Positions 24,796 through 36,500 of a stretch of 64,000 nucleotides of DNA are shown here, piece by piece. The stretch comes from Fimicolochytrium jonesii (Eukaryota), in the NCBI RefSeq assembly GCF_025526975.1, contig NW_026515676.1, positions 248,001 through 312,000 on the forward strand. Direction: 5' to 3'. Numbering within the stretch: the stretch's first letter is position 1; every line of letters begins with the position of its first letter. A program made the position numbers and the translations under genes. The notes under the pieces were generated by a model, which worked only from the letters and a program-made list of their open reading frames with translations, made no database searches and was not told where the DNA came from.

Positions 24796-26259
24796 TCACT
24801 CCGCACTCCACCCCTTGATAGTCTCATACCCACTCATGGCAATCATCGCCCCGGGCACGGTCACCAGCACCCTCAACCTCAACCCTTTATAGAACCCCCC
24901 CCAGCCCTCCTGGGTCCAGATACTCTTCGCGAGGAACCAGTATCCCCTGCGCATGCACTCTGCGTCGGCGGGGGCGGTCCTGTCGAGGAGCTGGTGGCGA
25001 ATGCGCAGGATCTCCAGGGGGTTGTTGGCCGTGACTGCAGACAGGCCGGCGAGGCCGCCCGAGAGCGCGTTGGTGAGGTGGTCGTGGGTCTGCGGGGATA
25101 CGAGTGGGGGTGGGGGTCGGGAGGGTGCTAGGGAGGGGAGTTTGGAGAGGAGGTGGGTTTCGAGGAAGAGGAGGAAGCGGTGGACGAGCGGTTTGCCGCG
25201 TTCGTAGGTGCCCCATTGGACGGCGGATGCGGGCGCGTAGGCTCCTATATCTGCCGTGCGTGAAAGGGGAGATGGGGTTCAGAAAACTGGCCCGGGGGGC
25301 GTTTCTCAACGTGCAGACACAGAACGCTCACAGGCGAGGTAGCCGCGGTAGAACCCGCGGGGCCCTTCGGTGCGAAACACCTTCTTGATCAGATCTATCG
25401 CAATGCCAAAAAAAAAAACCAAACCTGCATTAGTCGGCTCCACACGCCCCCGTTTTCGCCCCCATCCCCGTCACCCCCCCCCCCCCCCCCCCAAACACGC
25501 ATTACCAATCGGCCCGGCATAAAGCCTCGAATTATGCTGGAACCCCGTCACATTCTGCACCTGCAAGCGCTGCGCCACCACGTCGGCGGGGACATAGAAC
25601 AGGCCGGCGGCGATCTCCGCACACGCTCCGGCGGCAAACCCGCGCACGAACGCCGACCGCTCGAGCAGGTCGCGCGGCATGCTCTGCGCGCACGCGTCCT
25701 GCGCCGTCTCGTACGCGAGGTAGTACATCGCCTGGCCGGGGAACGAGCCGATGACCGCGGGGAGGAGGCCGCGCCAGAAGCGGGGGATGCCTAGGGGATG
25801 GTCATTCAGAATATCAGTGGTGATTGGCGGGAGTGTGGAAAGTGAATATGCGGGGATGGGCCGGAGCCGCGGGGACTTGCCTTCGGTTCGCGCTATCCGG
25901 TACACCGTATGGAGAATCCCCGTGTTCCCGAACGATGTCCCCTACCACCACTTTCGCCCGTTAGCCCATTGTGCGAGTGTCTCATCCCCCCCCGTTCTCG
26001 GCCTCCGCCTCCCTCCCCGACCCCCCACACTCACCCTCTGGCTCATTATCACCGTCTTGACAGTATCCAGCGGAAACAAGCACGAATCGAGCCCGAGGAT
26101 GAACAACGACCCAAACACGGCGTATTTCCCGCTATCCATGTCGGAGAGATTCACGCGGTCCGCTGTTGCCATCATTTCCGCTGTGGTTGCTGGGGATGAA
26201 AGAACATCGGTGGCATTGGGGAGGGCTGGGCGGAAGGGAGGATGTGGTTCTGATGCCAT
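24796..26259 (-). CDS. Mitochondrial carrier, SLC25A44-like, spliced
   Basis: Carrier signatures PLDTVKT, PADVVAQRLQVQ and PLEILRIRHQLL; FWRGLLPAVIGSFPGQAMYYLAYE; C-terminal GYETIKGWS; N-terminal DMD..KY motif. Confidence 0.9.
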
Positions 26260-26841
26260 TTTTGTGTTGGAGGTTTGAACGAGGCGGTGCTGAGGTGTGG
26301 GGTTTGTTGGTTCTGAACTGGCGCAAGCACACTTGGGGTGGAGGGTGGATTTGACAGGCGAGATGGAGAGGCCGGCGGGGTGTGCTTGAGGGGTTTTTTT
26401 TGCTGTGGGAGAGGGATATGAGAGAGATGGAGCCTGTGAAAGAACTGAGGCTTTGGACGGTGTAAGCCGGATTAAGCCGTCCGAATGAAAGAGCCTGGGA
26501 AGGGTTTATGGCGGGGGTGGGGGGGGGGGGGGGGGACGCGACGCCACGACTACCGGACAGGAGAACACGGCCATGGCAAAAGCCCGACTTGCTCACGTCA
26601 CGCGTTTCCGGACGAACACTCCTTCGGAACGCATCGCAGAAGTGCAGCAGACCACACCAGACGAAACTAGGGCAAGGGCACCCAACGGGCCCAATATATG
26701 TATGTACAAGCATATCGAATCCAGAAACCGCACAACAGTCATAGAAGAGCAATCGAGGCCAAGAGCCATTACCTTCCAACCTTTTTTCCTAAGGGTATCC
26801 TTCCCCCCAGCTAATTATATACAGTACAGTCACACAAAGTC

Positions 26842-27934
26842 CTAGTCCAGTTGAATGCAACACAATTCATTTCCCTTCTTCGACTTCGACCACCGTCCAA
26901 TCACTCCCCACCCGTTCCACCCCCTGCCCAGCCCCACCCGCGAGCTCCCCAGGTGTACTCGTCCCACTCTTCTTCCCCGCAGGCGAGCCCGGCCCACTGC
27001 CCGCCTCATCACCTCCAAGCGTTCCATACCACCGTAGGTCATCGTCGGTGAGTAGATGCTGAGAGTGAGGTGAATCGGCGGGATCCTTGGCGTGTTGGAT
27101 GGTGTGGGAGAGGGCGGTGGTGAGCGAGATGGAGAGGATGAGGGACCAGGAGGATGTTAGGAGGGGTGTGTAGGGTCCTGCTGATGTTGCTGTTGAGACT
27201 GTATAATACGGAGTTTAGTCGACATGTTCGAATGGTTGAAACAGAAAAGGGGGTTATAGCATACCTCGACCGAGTAAGATAGCCCCCTGCAACAAACTCA
27301 ACCACGGATACCCCGTCCTCGCCCACAAACAGCCCCCTGCCAACACTAGCATCACAGTGCCAGCATACTCCGCGACCTTCACCGCCCGTGCCCCATCTTC
27401 GACTTCATACCCTGGTAATCCCAGCCGTTCCTTCAACACCAAGGAGTCCTTCTCCGCAACGAATTCGGACATGTCGTAAACGAACAGCGCGGAGGCAGCA
27501 AGAACAGCAGCGATGCGTCCAAACTGGTCGTGATACAACAACCGGCGACGCGGGCCCCCGTGAAGAGTGTGGCAGAGTTCATAGGCGATGAGGATCACGG
27601 TTGGTGTGAGGAGGGCGGCGAGGAGGGTGTTGGTGAGGGAGAGGGTGTGGAGAAGATGCAGGGGAAGATGGGGGCTGAGGGTGGTGGTGAGGTCGCGGAG
27701 GAGGAGGGAGAAGAGGAGGGGGAGGAGGAGGAGGGTTGGGGGTTTGGTAGTGGTGGCGGGGGAGTGGCGGAGGGTGAGGAGGGTGTAGTAGATGCAGGTG
27801 AGCTGCGTGTTGGGATGATAGGTCGATGAGCATGTTTTTTGAGGAGATTGATGAACGCATGAATAGGACATACCTGCGCAACGGTATACCCGCCAAACAC
27901 AATCTGCAACCTTGTCCACATCATCGTCCTTCAA
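26842..27934 (-). CDS. Uncharacterised multi-pass membrane protein (5' end uncertain)
   Basis: 226-aa ORF with several Leu-rich TM segments. Downstream exons follow GT-AG introns and the codon style matches neighbouring genes. Confidence 0.5.
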
Positions 27935-29029
27935 AGGTAGTTCAAGAGTGACTAAACCTATTCGCCCCTTCCAGCGAGCTACTTTTCCTTGTGTGTCCGA
28001 GCGTGGGAAACGACACCGAATTGCGCAGAATGTCTAGGAATTCGTAAGAGGCCTCTATCGGGTGAGTGACTGCCGACGAGCGATACAGCGTTCGATGACT
28101 GTGAAGTTGGCGGTTTCCAGCTCGTATTGAGTATGTGTGATGCTTTTCGAATAGTGAGATGGCAGGCTGTCAGAACACAATGTCCTAAGTAGGTCTCGCA
28201 CTCCGACGTTGGGGGGGTGGGAAAGCGAGGTTAGGGAGGCGGCGGGGGGGGGGGGGGGGGGGGGGTGCCAGGGATAGGGCGAGAGAGAGCACAGGCGGCA
28301 CACAGCGTATGTACTATGGAGCCGAAGCCAGCGGGTATGGCGAGCGACGTTGGGTAAATACTGGACGCAACTTGGCTGGTGGGAAGAACAGAGGGCCATC
28401 CCGCAGTCCCGCAGTCAGTCAGTCAGAGAAGTCAGTGCAGGATGTCATCACTCTCTCGCTCTTGTTGAGACGTTGACCGACAAGGAGGGCCAACCGCACA
28501 CGTGTCAGACGGGCACACCCTTCGATTCTCAACCCACAGCATGCTCATGTCTCGCCTTATTACTACTATGATTACAATGCTACTCCCACAGCGCCCCTTC
28601 ACCGTCTCTCTTGCAAACCCATCCCCATCTCCCTTCACATACAATACTCCTATTCGTTCTGGCCTTTCACCCCGCGCGCGCGCAGGAAAAAGAACCATGG
28701 CTGCTCTTCCACCACGTGCTCCGTTCAACCCAACTCCTGCAAAGGCCCGCTGTCGGACGATGTGGCGGAGCGGCCGATACGGTGATACGCCGTTGTTTCT
28801 CGATATGGGAGCGGTCTGGGGGTGGCGCGCGGGCGGTCCGAAATGTACATAGACCGTCGTGGTTTACCGTGATGGTGACTTGGCGCGGGCATCCGGTGTG
28901 CATCTGCGTTTGATCCGCGTGGGAAGATCGGGCATCGCTCCCACAATGGACCCCTCCGGCTCTTCGTCCGTTTTCGAGCCCCTTTTGACTTTGGGGTTTC
29001 GTGCCCCTCGGCGCGATCTCGATAAGTGT

Positions 29030-30029
29030 TCACACAGGCTCCGGCTGAACCTCCCCTGCCTTCTCCACCCTCCTCGGCGGCCACAAAAAGAACGTGCTCG
29101 TCGTCGCCTTATACTCCTGATAGTCTGCGAGCAATCGGGGGCAAGAAGAAGGGCTCGGTCAATGCACATCCCCCCAAAAGCATAGCGGAACATCGACGTC
29201 AAATGAAACGCCCTTACCTGCCCTACCCCCATACCTCTCCTCCGCCCCCTTCTCACTCAGCCGCACCCCACTGACCCCCACCACAAGCGCTACAACAAAC
29301 ACGGGCCCGATAACCCCCACCCACATCCACTGCTCCACGAACCCCCTAACACACAACAAAAAAACCCCGGCCCAGAGCACACACTCCCCATAGTAGTTCG
29401 CATATCTCGACCACCTCCAGATCCCCACCCTCACGAACTCCTTCGGGTGGCGCAACTTAAACAGCTGTTTCTGGACGTCCGCGGTGATCTCCACCCCCAG
29501 CCCGTACGCATAGACGACCGTACCGACGCCGTCGAGTGCCGCGAAAGCCGGCTGGTCCGCGGCCGGCGTGCCGAGGACGATGAAGACGGGGAGGGCGGTG
29601 AGGTAGACCCACACGGCCTGCATGGCCCAGACGATGATGAATTTCCCAGGGTGGTGTTTGTATGCGTCGAAGCGCTGGACAAAATAGCGTGGTCAGACCC
29701 CCCCTCGACGATCACACACCTCCCGGTGAATGCCAACGCACCTTATCCTCCATCCGACTGGCGCGCCACGCCAAGAACCCGCCCAACCGGACGGTCCACA
29801 CACACACACACGTCGCGGCGACAATCTGCCGCGCGCTCAGAGCCCCGATGGAGTCCCCGGCCTCCCGTCGCCAGAGGAGTGCGACAAGGGTGCATGTGAC
29901 GAAGGTGATGGCGCCGCTCGCGTCGTAGAATTTCTCGGTGCGGAGGGGTGCGGAGATGAGGTAGGAGAGGAACTGGAGGGCGAAGGTGAGGTAGAGGGAC
30001 GTCAGGAGGGAGTTGCCAACTGGTGTCAT
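29030..30029 (-). CDS. DUF1295 / steroid 5-alpha-reductase-like membrane protein
   Basis: RTEKFYDASG, WTVRLGGFLAWR..EDK, QAVWVYLTALPV, EITADVQK, GIWRWSRYANYYGE, VSGVRLSE, DYQEYKATTSTF. Confidence 0.92.
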
Positions 30030-30962
30030 TTTAGAAAGGGGGTGGCGAACTGGTGATGGGGGGAGTGCGGTTCGTTTTGCTCGCAGGAGAGTGAAGATAC
30101 TCCGTGGTGCTTTTATATCCGGCCTGTCGCTTCTGTGTGTTGCACATTCCACAACCACCCGGCAGCCCTTCCAAAAAAGCACCGAACGGGAAACGGGAAA
30201 GGGGGGGGGGGGCAGGGGGAGGCGAAATGCGATCGCGATCCCGAGAACCGTCACAACTTCCGAGTCTCCGTCACGGGCGCGCGCGCGGGGGTCGGGAGAG
30301 CCCAAATCGGGAACTGCCAAATCGCGCGCGGGTATCGAAAAGCCAAGTTTCGCTGCGATCCCCTCCCCACCATATGATGATTCACCCATCAAATCCACGA
30401 TGTGTCCTCCATCCTGACTCCTGACTTTGGAAAGATGCGGGCTGGCAGAGGAGAGGAGGGGGCGTTGGGTCGAGCGTCGGATGAGGGATGATGGCCATTC
30501 GGTGCGTGACGGAGGGGATTCTCACTCGGAGGCATCGGCGATTGTTCGCGCGATGTGCGCAGTTCAATTTACATCGGCGATCGCCATATCCGGCAGTACT
30601 GTACTTGAATCACAGTCGAAACCCACGACAAGCAAAGCGGATCTTCTTCACTTCCCGACCATACGACACAAACGACACAGACTTCATTTTAAAAGAGAAC
30701 AAGGAACTAGGATACTCTTTCCCCGCCCTCCTTGCCCACCCCGCTCTTCTTCGTTCGTTGATGAATGAATGCAAAATAAGAATAAGAACTATGGCAAAAA
30801 TGAAACCAACCGTAGGCAGCGCGTACAGGAAATCTAGGGCATTTTCTCAGCTCATATTGTTGTGCGGGGCGGGGTTTCGCCCATAGTGGGGGTATATATG
30901 CAAAAAGTGGTATCCGCCCCTCCATTACCATATCCACCCCACTCTTTCTCAACCGAATGATT

Positions 30963-32747
30963 CTAAACCCCCGCCTTCGCCACGGGCGCTTTCTTCGAAT
31001 CCTCAACAACAACGAACCTACTCCCTCTACTCAATGTCTGCCTTGGCCGCCAATACGTCGAATGCTCGCGCGTCACCGTGAATCTGCCTTTCACTGAGAC
31101 GTTGACGGCTTGTTCGATTGTCGGGCGGCGGGTGGGTGGGCGTGGGGCGATGAGGGGTTGTTGTTGTTGTTGTTTTTGGGTCGTTTCGGTAGCCGGAGGG
31201 GAGACCGTCGCAGGTGCGGTGGGGGTATGCTCGATATCTACAGTCCCAGGTTTCCCCGTCGTCCACACCCGCATCTTCTCCTGCTGCTGCGGACAAAGCA
31301 ACGGTTTCGGTTTCGCGATCGTATGCGGTCTCGGTTTCTCGTTCGGCAGGTCCGAGGGGAATTGGCAGGCGAGGATGTCGGCGAGAATGTGCGGGCGGGT
31401 GCAGGCTATTGTTGTGCGGCGGGGGAAGGAGTCGTGGGTTAGGAGGACGGCGGGGATGGACGGTTTGCGGGAGGAGGGTGAGTGGAGGGATTCTGCGGCG
31501 GTTGCTGTGATGGGGAGCATGCTTTGAGATTGGTGGGAGGCGTGGACGGGTATGCAGAGGGAGGATGTGTCTATGGCGGGTTTTGGCGCTTGTATTCCAG
31601 ATACGTAAGACGAATCCCAATGGTGGTGCTGCTGGTCCACAGGGACTTTCCCCTCTGAATCCGGTGGTGGTGTAGCCGGCGTGAAATGTACATGCACGTT
31701 CTTGAATGCCGACACGGAGGATGTCAAATCCGAGCGGTCCTTGACGGGAAAATGCGTGCTGGCAGGTTCCTGCGGGCCGAACGCTGAGGGTGGTGGCATC
31801 ACCTCGTGTAGGTGAGGGATGCGTGCAGGCGGTGAGATTCCAAACGCGGGTGCTGCTGTGCCAACTACGCGAGACTCGCGCGCGGGATCCATGCGAATCA
31901 ACGCAGGTGATGTTGAATGTTTCGCGGCGGCGACGGGGAGCTCACGGGCGCTCGCGGAGTGGGACAGCGTCGGAGAAATGGAGCGCGACCTTCCCGAAGT
32001 CTCGACAGACACTTCAAAGCGGGATTTGGCTGAGGGTCGTCTCCACAGCGCACCCACAGATGCCGGCCCTGATGCTATCGGGGTAGACGGCGAGAACCCG
32101 CTGCTCGTCAGCGACGTCGTGGAGGAGGAGCGGGATGACTGAGACAGGTCTGCTGACTCGTAGGCTGGGGATCGGGGTGCACCTATGGAGACTGGGGATG
32201 TGAGGGATCCCGTCGAGGACCAGGACGATGAGGACACGGAATCCATTGTTTTTGGGGTGTATTCTGCGTTGTCGTGGCTCAACGACAGTGGAAACGAAGC
32301 GTTGAGGGCAGGTGTGGACCGAGCTTTCTGGATATGACTCGAATCGCGGGTGACGACCGAGAAACGGGAGAGTTTCCGGGTGGGTAGACCGGCTTGCGAT
32401 GCTGATGTCGTGAGTGGATTCACAACTTGCGGTGGTTGTGATTGTTGTGAATGCGATGTTGACGGTAATGGCTGCTCCTTTTGGGTATCCAGCGGAGTTG
32501 TGTCCTTCCGCTCGGCAGCCTCCTCTATTCTCCCACCCATTCCCAGTGAACCAGCGTCCGCGTTCCCATTTATTTCCCACATTTGAGCTTCCTTCTTGCT
32601 CGCGAGACGCGAAGATCCTGCAGTGAATGAGAGAACGCCGTTATCATCGGTTGGTGGCGGCGGCGGCGAATGGACGGAGAGTGGCGAGAGGACGGGCGCG
32701 GACGGGGCGGACGAAGGAGTTTGTGGCGAAACGTGCGACAGGTCCAT
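30963..32747 (-). CDS. Ser/Pro-rich disordered protein with four RFxV motifs
   Basis: Uninterrupted ORF of about 600 codons containing SRFSV, SRFEV, GRFTV and SRFVV. Start uncertain (ATG 32747 or an upstream exon). Confidence 0.7.
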   Translation of the reverse strand: MDLSHVSPQTPSSAPSAPVLSPLSVHSPPPPPTDDNGVLSFTAGSSRLASKKEAQMWEINGNADAGSLGMGGRIEEAAERKDTTPLDTQKEQPLPSTSHSQQSQPPQVVNPLTTSASQAGLPTRKLSRFSVVTRDSSHIQKARSTPALNASFPLSLSHDNAEYTPKTMDSVSSSSWSSTGSLTSPVSIGAPRSPAYESADLSQSSRSSSTTSLTSSGFSPSTPIASGPASVGALWRRPSAKSRFEVSVETSGRSRSISPTLSHSASARELPVAAAKHSTSPALIRMDPARESRVVGTAAPAFGISPPARIPHLHEVMPPPSAFGPQEPASTHFPVKDRSDLTSSVSAFKNVHVHFTPATPPPDSEGKVPVDQQHHHWDSSYVSGIQAPKPAIDTSSLCIPVHASHQSQSMLPITATAAESLHSPSSRKPSIPAVLLTHDSFPRRTTIACTRPHILADILACQFPSDLPNEKPRPHTIAKPKPLLCPQQQEKMRVWTTGKPGTVDIEHTPTAPATVSPPATETTQKQQQQQPLIAPRPPTRRPTIEQAVNVSVKGRFTVTREHSTYWRPRQTLSRGSRFVVVEDSKKAPVAKAGV

Positions 32748-34005
32748 AAAAGGCCGCTGCAACAGAATGCTGCCGCCTTCCCACAATTTCGTCGTCGAAC
32801 GTATGGTTGGGATGTCTCAGAGGGGTGATAATTCTCGTATATATTTTGCTGTCCTACTCCGAATCACACAAATCGAAAAATATTGACTTTTCGTGGGGAA
32901 CTTCAGGCACCTGCTGGGAAAATAGGATTGCCACAGCTTGCAACGCTCAAACGAGACCAGACTGTTCCGTGCTATGCTGTTGCAGTTGTGAGTGCAAGCG
33001 TATATATCTCGAAGTTGTGCTTGCCGGCCGTGGGAAACTGTCGAGGAAATTTGGCAGAGCGAGGAATTTCCCAAGCCGAGAGCAGCCTTTTTCTGTTCCG
33101 TGGGATTCTCGAGTTCAGCAGCGTCCAAGCGGAATGCCGTGGGCGAGCGAGAGTGAGAAAGGCTGCCGATGGAGGTCGGTTGCTGTGAGTTGGGCGACGG
33201 GCGGTGCTTGCTGGTGTGGGCTTTTGTGTAGAGGGGGGGGGGGATGAAGTCAAGAAAAAGAATGTTCATATGTGGGTGGGTGGTTGCTACCGTGTTGCGT
33301 GTCTTTTCCCATTGCCGGCCCAGCTGGATTCAGAACTTCCGGACATGGACATTGGACTCTCCATTTGGCATGTGCTTGCTTGCGGATATCATCAGATCTG
33401 CGTTGGGGCTGGAAACGCTTCTGCCCGCCCACCCGCATGCATGCTTGCTTTGGTTTGGGGCTGTTGCGCTTTACCTTAACCTTGGGTAACGTTGCCGGGC
33501 CATATCATATCTGCCCATCTGTGAGGAGGAATCTGGAGGGATTCCAAAGCAAGGTTGGGCCAAAAACCTTGTTGCGCCCTCCCTCCCTTGAGTCCCTTCT
33601 CGATGGCCTCCTCCGGAAGAAAACAATGACGATGACGCGCGGTGGCCACAGAGTCGCACACGTGGCAATCGGCGCGTTTCGCCGGTTTCGGCTTGCAACC
33701 TTCAAGCCCTCGTTGCGCAGTCAAGCGCCCGCCCATTGCGCCTCACACATGGCAAAACAAGCCTTCCTTTATTCCAGCAGAGTTCCTTTTATATTCCGAG
33801 AGTCTCTGATGTCACATGACCCAATCTATGAATGAAGACGACTGTCCATGACCTTCCAATGCATCCTCCGCAATGTCCAATCCAGAACTGGTACTTATTG
33901 TCACTTGATCTATTACCATATACAAGATAGAGTAAAGCGAGCCGCTACGGGAGCTAATCCTACAGGAGCCCTGCTATACTGCAGCCCACAGGAAGGTTCT
34001 GAACC

Positions 34006-35405
34006 TTACGCCTTGGGCTGGTAGGTGGAGAGGTAGAACCATTTGTCGACTACGTTGGAGGTGAGAGGGACGGTAAGTTGAAGCCTCAACAAACAAGATG
34101 AGAATAGTGAACAGGACTTACTGGAGGCGTCGATAGGCGCAGGGGGTTGCGGGGCAGCAGCGGGGATGGCCTTGAGCTCGGCGGAATCTGTTCCGACCTT
34201 GTAGGGGCTCTCCGCGACGTTGGTGTTCACGCTGTAAAGTATGAAGAGAAGAGTTAACATCTGCTCGTCGTATCCTCACGAATCAATCGAAACGCTCGTA
34301 CGTTGTGATATCGTAACCCTCTCCCTTGTTGGGGATCTCCTTCTTGATCAAACGGTGCCACGCCTCGTAGCACTCGTGCACGACCTCCGTGGCGTACTTC
34401 TTGTTCTTGGCCTCACCAGAGAACGCAAAGTTGTTCTCGGGCTTGTCGTCGGGGATCTTGTAGATCCTGAACCACTCGTTTGTCGCACGCATCAGACCAG
34501 GGAGGTGGGTCTCAACGTCCTCCATGTCGTTGAGCTTGTGAGCCAAGGGGTCGTTGATGTCGATGGCGATGATCTTCCAGTCGGTTTCGCCTTCGTCAAT
34601 CAGGGCCATGGTTCCGAGGATCTTGACCTGCTTGATCTGTCCGGTGTAGCCGACAGTCTCACCGATCTCGCAAACGTCGAGCGGGTCGTTGTCTCCCTTA
34701 GCCTTGGTGTCGGGGTGGACGGCGTTGGGGTCTTCCCATGTTTGTGGGAAAGCACCGTAGTTCCAGATGTAACCGTGGTGGGGGAAGCAGTTGCGGACGT
34801 AACGGAGCTTGCCCTTCTTGATATCCTGCTTAATGGGGTTGAAAGGCTCGTCCTTCGAGATCTCGAGCTTAGCGTTGGTCCAGCGGGGGATTTCAACAAC
34901 CATGTTCAAGATGGTCTTTTCCTCATTCGCGAAAAGAGGAATGTCGTGGAAAGGAGAGACAACCTTTCCAGCGGCGTCCTCTGAAAATGCACACAAGATC
35001 AGATGGGCATAGACGAACAGACGAACAGACAAACCGTTTCAATTAAAACAAGCGGTACAAGCCCGGGAAGCTACCGCCCAAAAACTCACCAATGAAGACC
35101 CTGTGCTCCCGGGTGTTAGGGGCACCGATAACTCTGGGCTTGTATCCAGTCATGTTGCTGTTTGCTTTTGCTGAGAATGTGCGACGCTGGGGGGCGGCAA
35201 GAGAAGGCTGCAGAAGTTGGTTGCGGACGAGGAGAGTCCTACGAACTGCTGCGCTGATAGGAGCGTGAGCTGAAGGAGACAGTTTGGGCAACAACGACGA
35301 CGACAGTTTCGACGACCGGGGGGTATTTGCGACGATGAGGACGAGGATTGACGATGGCGGCAAGCAATGTGGGCTTTTTCGCGAGTTGGCCTTCTTTTGC
35401 TTCAT
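34006..35405 (-). CDS. IPP1: Family I inorganic pyrophosphatase with in-frame upstream presequence
   Basis: [69 protein letters not shown]. Conserved start MTGYKPR at 35153; upstream ATG at 35405. Confidence 0.96.
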
Positions 35406-35656
35406 TGCGCCACGGAAGTCTCGGAGAAGGGGGCAGTCACTTACCACTTCTGCGTAATGGTTTACCGGCCCCCCTCCCGTGTCTTCAGCGCGTTTGAGCA
35501 TGGAAACGCTGATGGAAACGCCTCAACGGAGTGGAACTGGAGTATTCCACAGTACGACTGAGGACAGACACGAATCGAAGGGGAAGACCGTGGGAACCAG
35601 CTTCGATACAGTCCCCCCAATTCTTTGACGAATAGCAGGGAGGACGATGATTGAAG

Positions 35657-36498
35657 ATGGCGTTCATATCAGAGCGACTGGAGGCTCAGCTTCACGCACT
35701 CGACGGACTCTTCCACTTGGCCGCCGACCACGATGATCTAAGCGACGCATTCCGCACTTTGTTCGGGTCAGCCGGCGCGGAAGTGGCGGCGAGCGTCGAG
35801 TATGCAGTGGACACCACCAGAGGAGTGGAGGAGACACAGGAGGCATGGCCTGAACCCATCCGACTGCTGGCATGCGTTGCTTTCGCCACCGCCGATTCCC
35901 ACAGTTGGACGACACGCAGACGCTGGCGACCAGGGGAAGACGGTCTGCCAACGTTACAGCAAATCGAACTTGTCTTTCAAGTGCACAAGGGTGTCTATGG
36001 AGTTACAGAGACATTCAGGAGGAAAGTCAGGACTGACGGGTGAGTCTGCTGTCCTTCCCCAGGGACATTATCCGCTCGCAGAGTTGGCGTTCCTCTCCAA
36101 GATAGCGGCGGTACTGCAGGCGACGTTGTTGCAGCGTCTGCTGGTGTCATCCACGAGATGGCCGCCAGACATTGCGTACTGGCGAGATCAGCAAATGTCC
36201 ACCAGCAAAACCATCTACTACGTTCTGTCGATGCTTCCTCAACAGATCTCTCGCTACTTTGCAAATCCTGTATGAATACACTCGCGCAACCACCCATTCG
36301 TCAATCCGTCCCCAGTTCCTTTTGTTCTCCGATCGTCTGAATGCAGAGCTTTGTCGAAACTTTTTCGAAAGGGCCGCCCTTCTTCCAACGACGCTCACGA
36401 CAACGGCTTTCTTGGGACCTTATGCCTTGTACAAAATTTCACACCTCCTTGCGATGGTGAGAAAAGGAGCTTCAGGCTTCATCTACGCCCTGAACTGA
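35657..36498 (+). pseudogene. NCA2-like N-terminal fragment, apparently truncated and frameshifted
   Basis: LLVSSTRWPPDIAYWRDQQMSTSKTIYYVLSMLPQQI resembles the D(I/L)xYW..LYxxQxxP block of fungal Nca2 N-termini (recalled, not searched). The apparent intron 36040-36062 is only 23 nt and does not preserve frame. There is no room for the C-terminal domain before the ARP5 stop. Confidence 0.4.
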
Positions 36499-36500
36499 AG

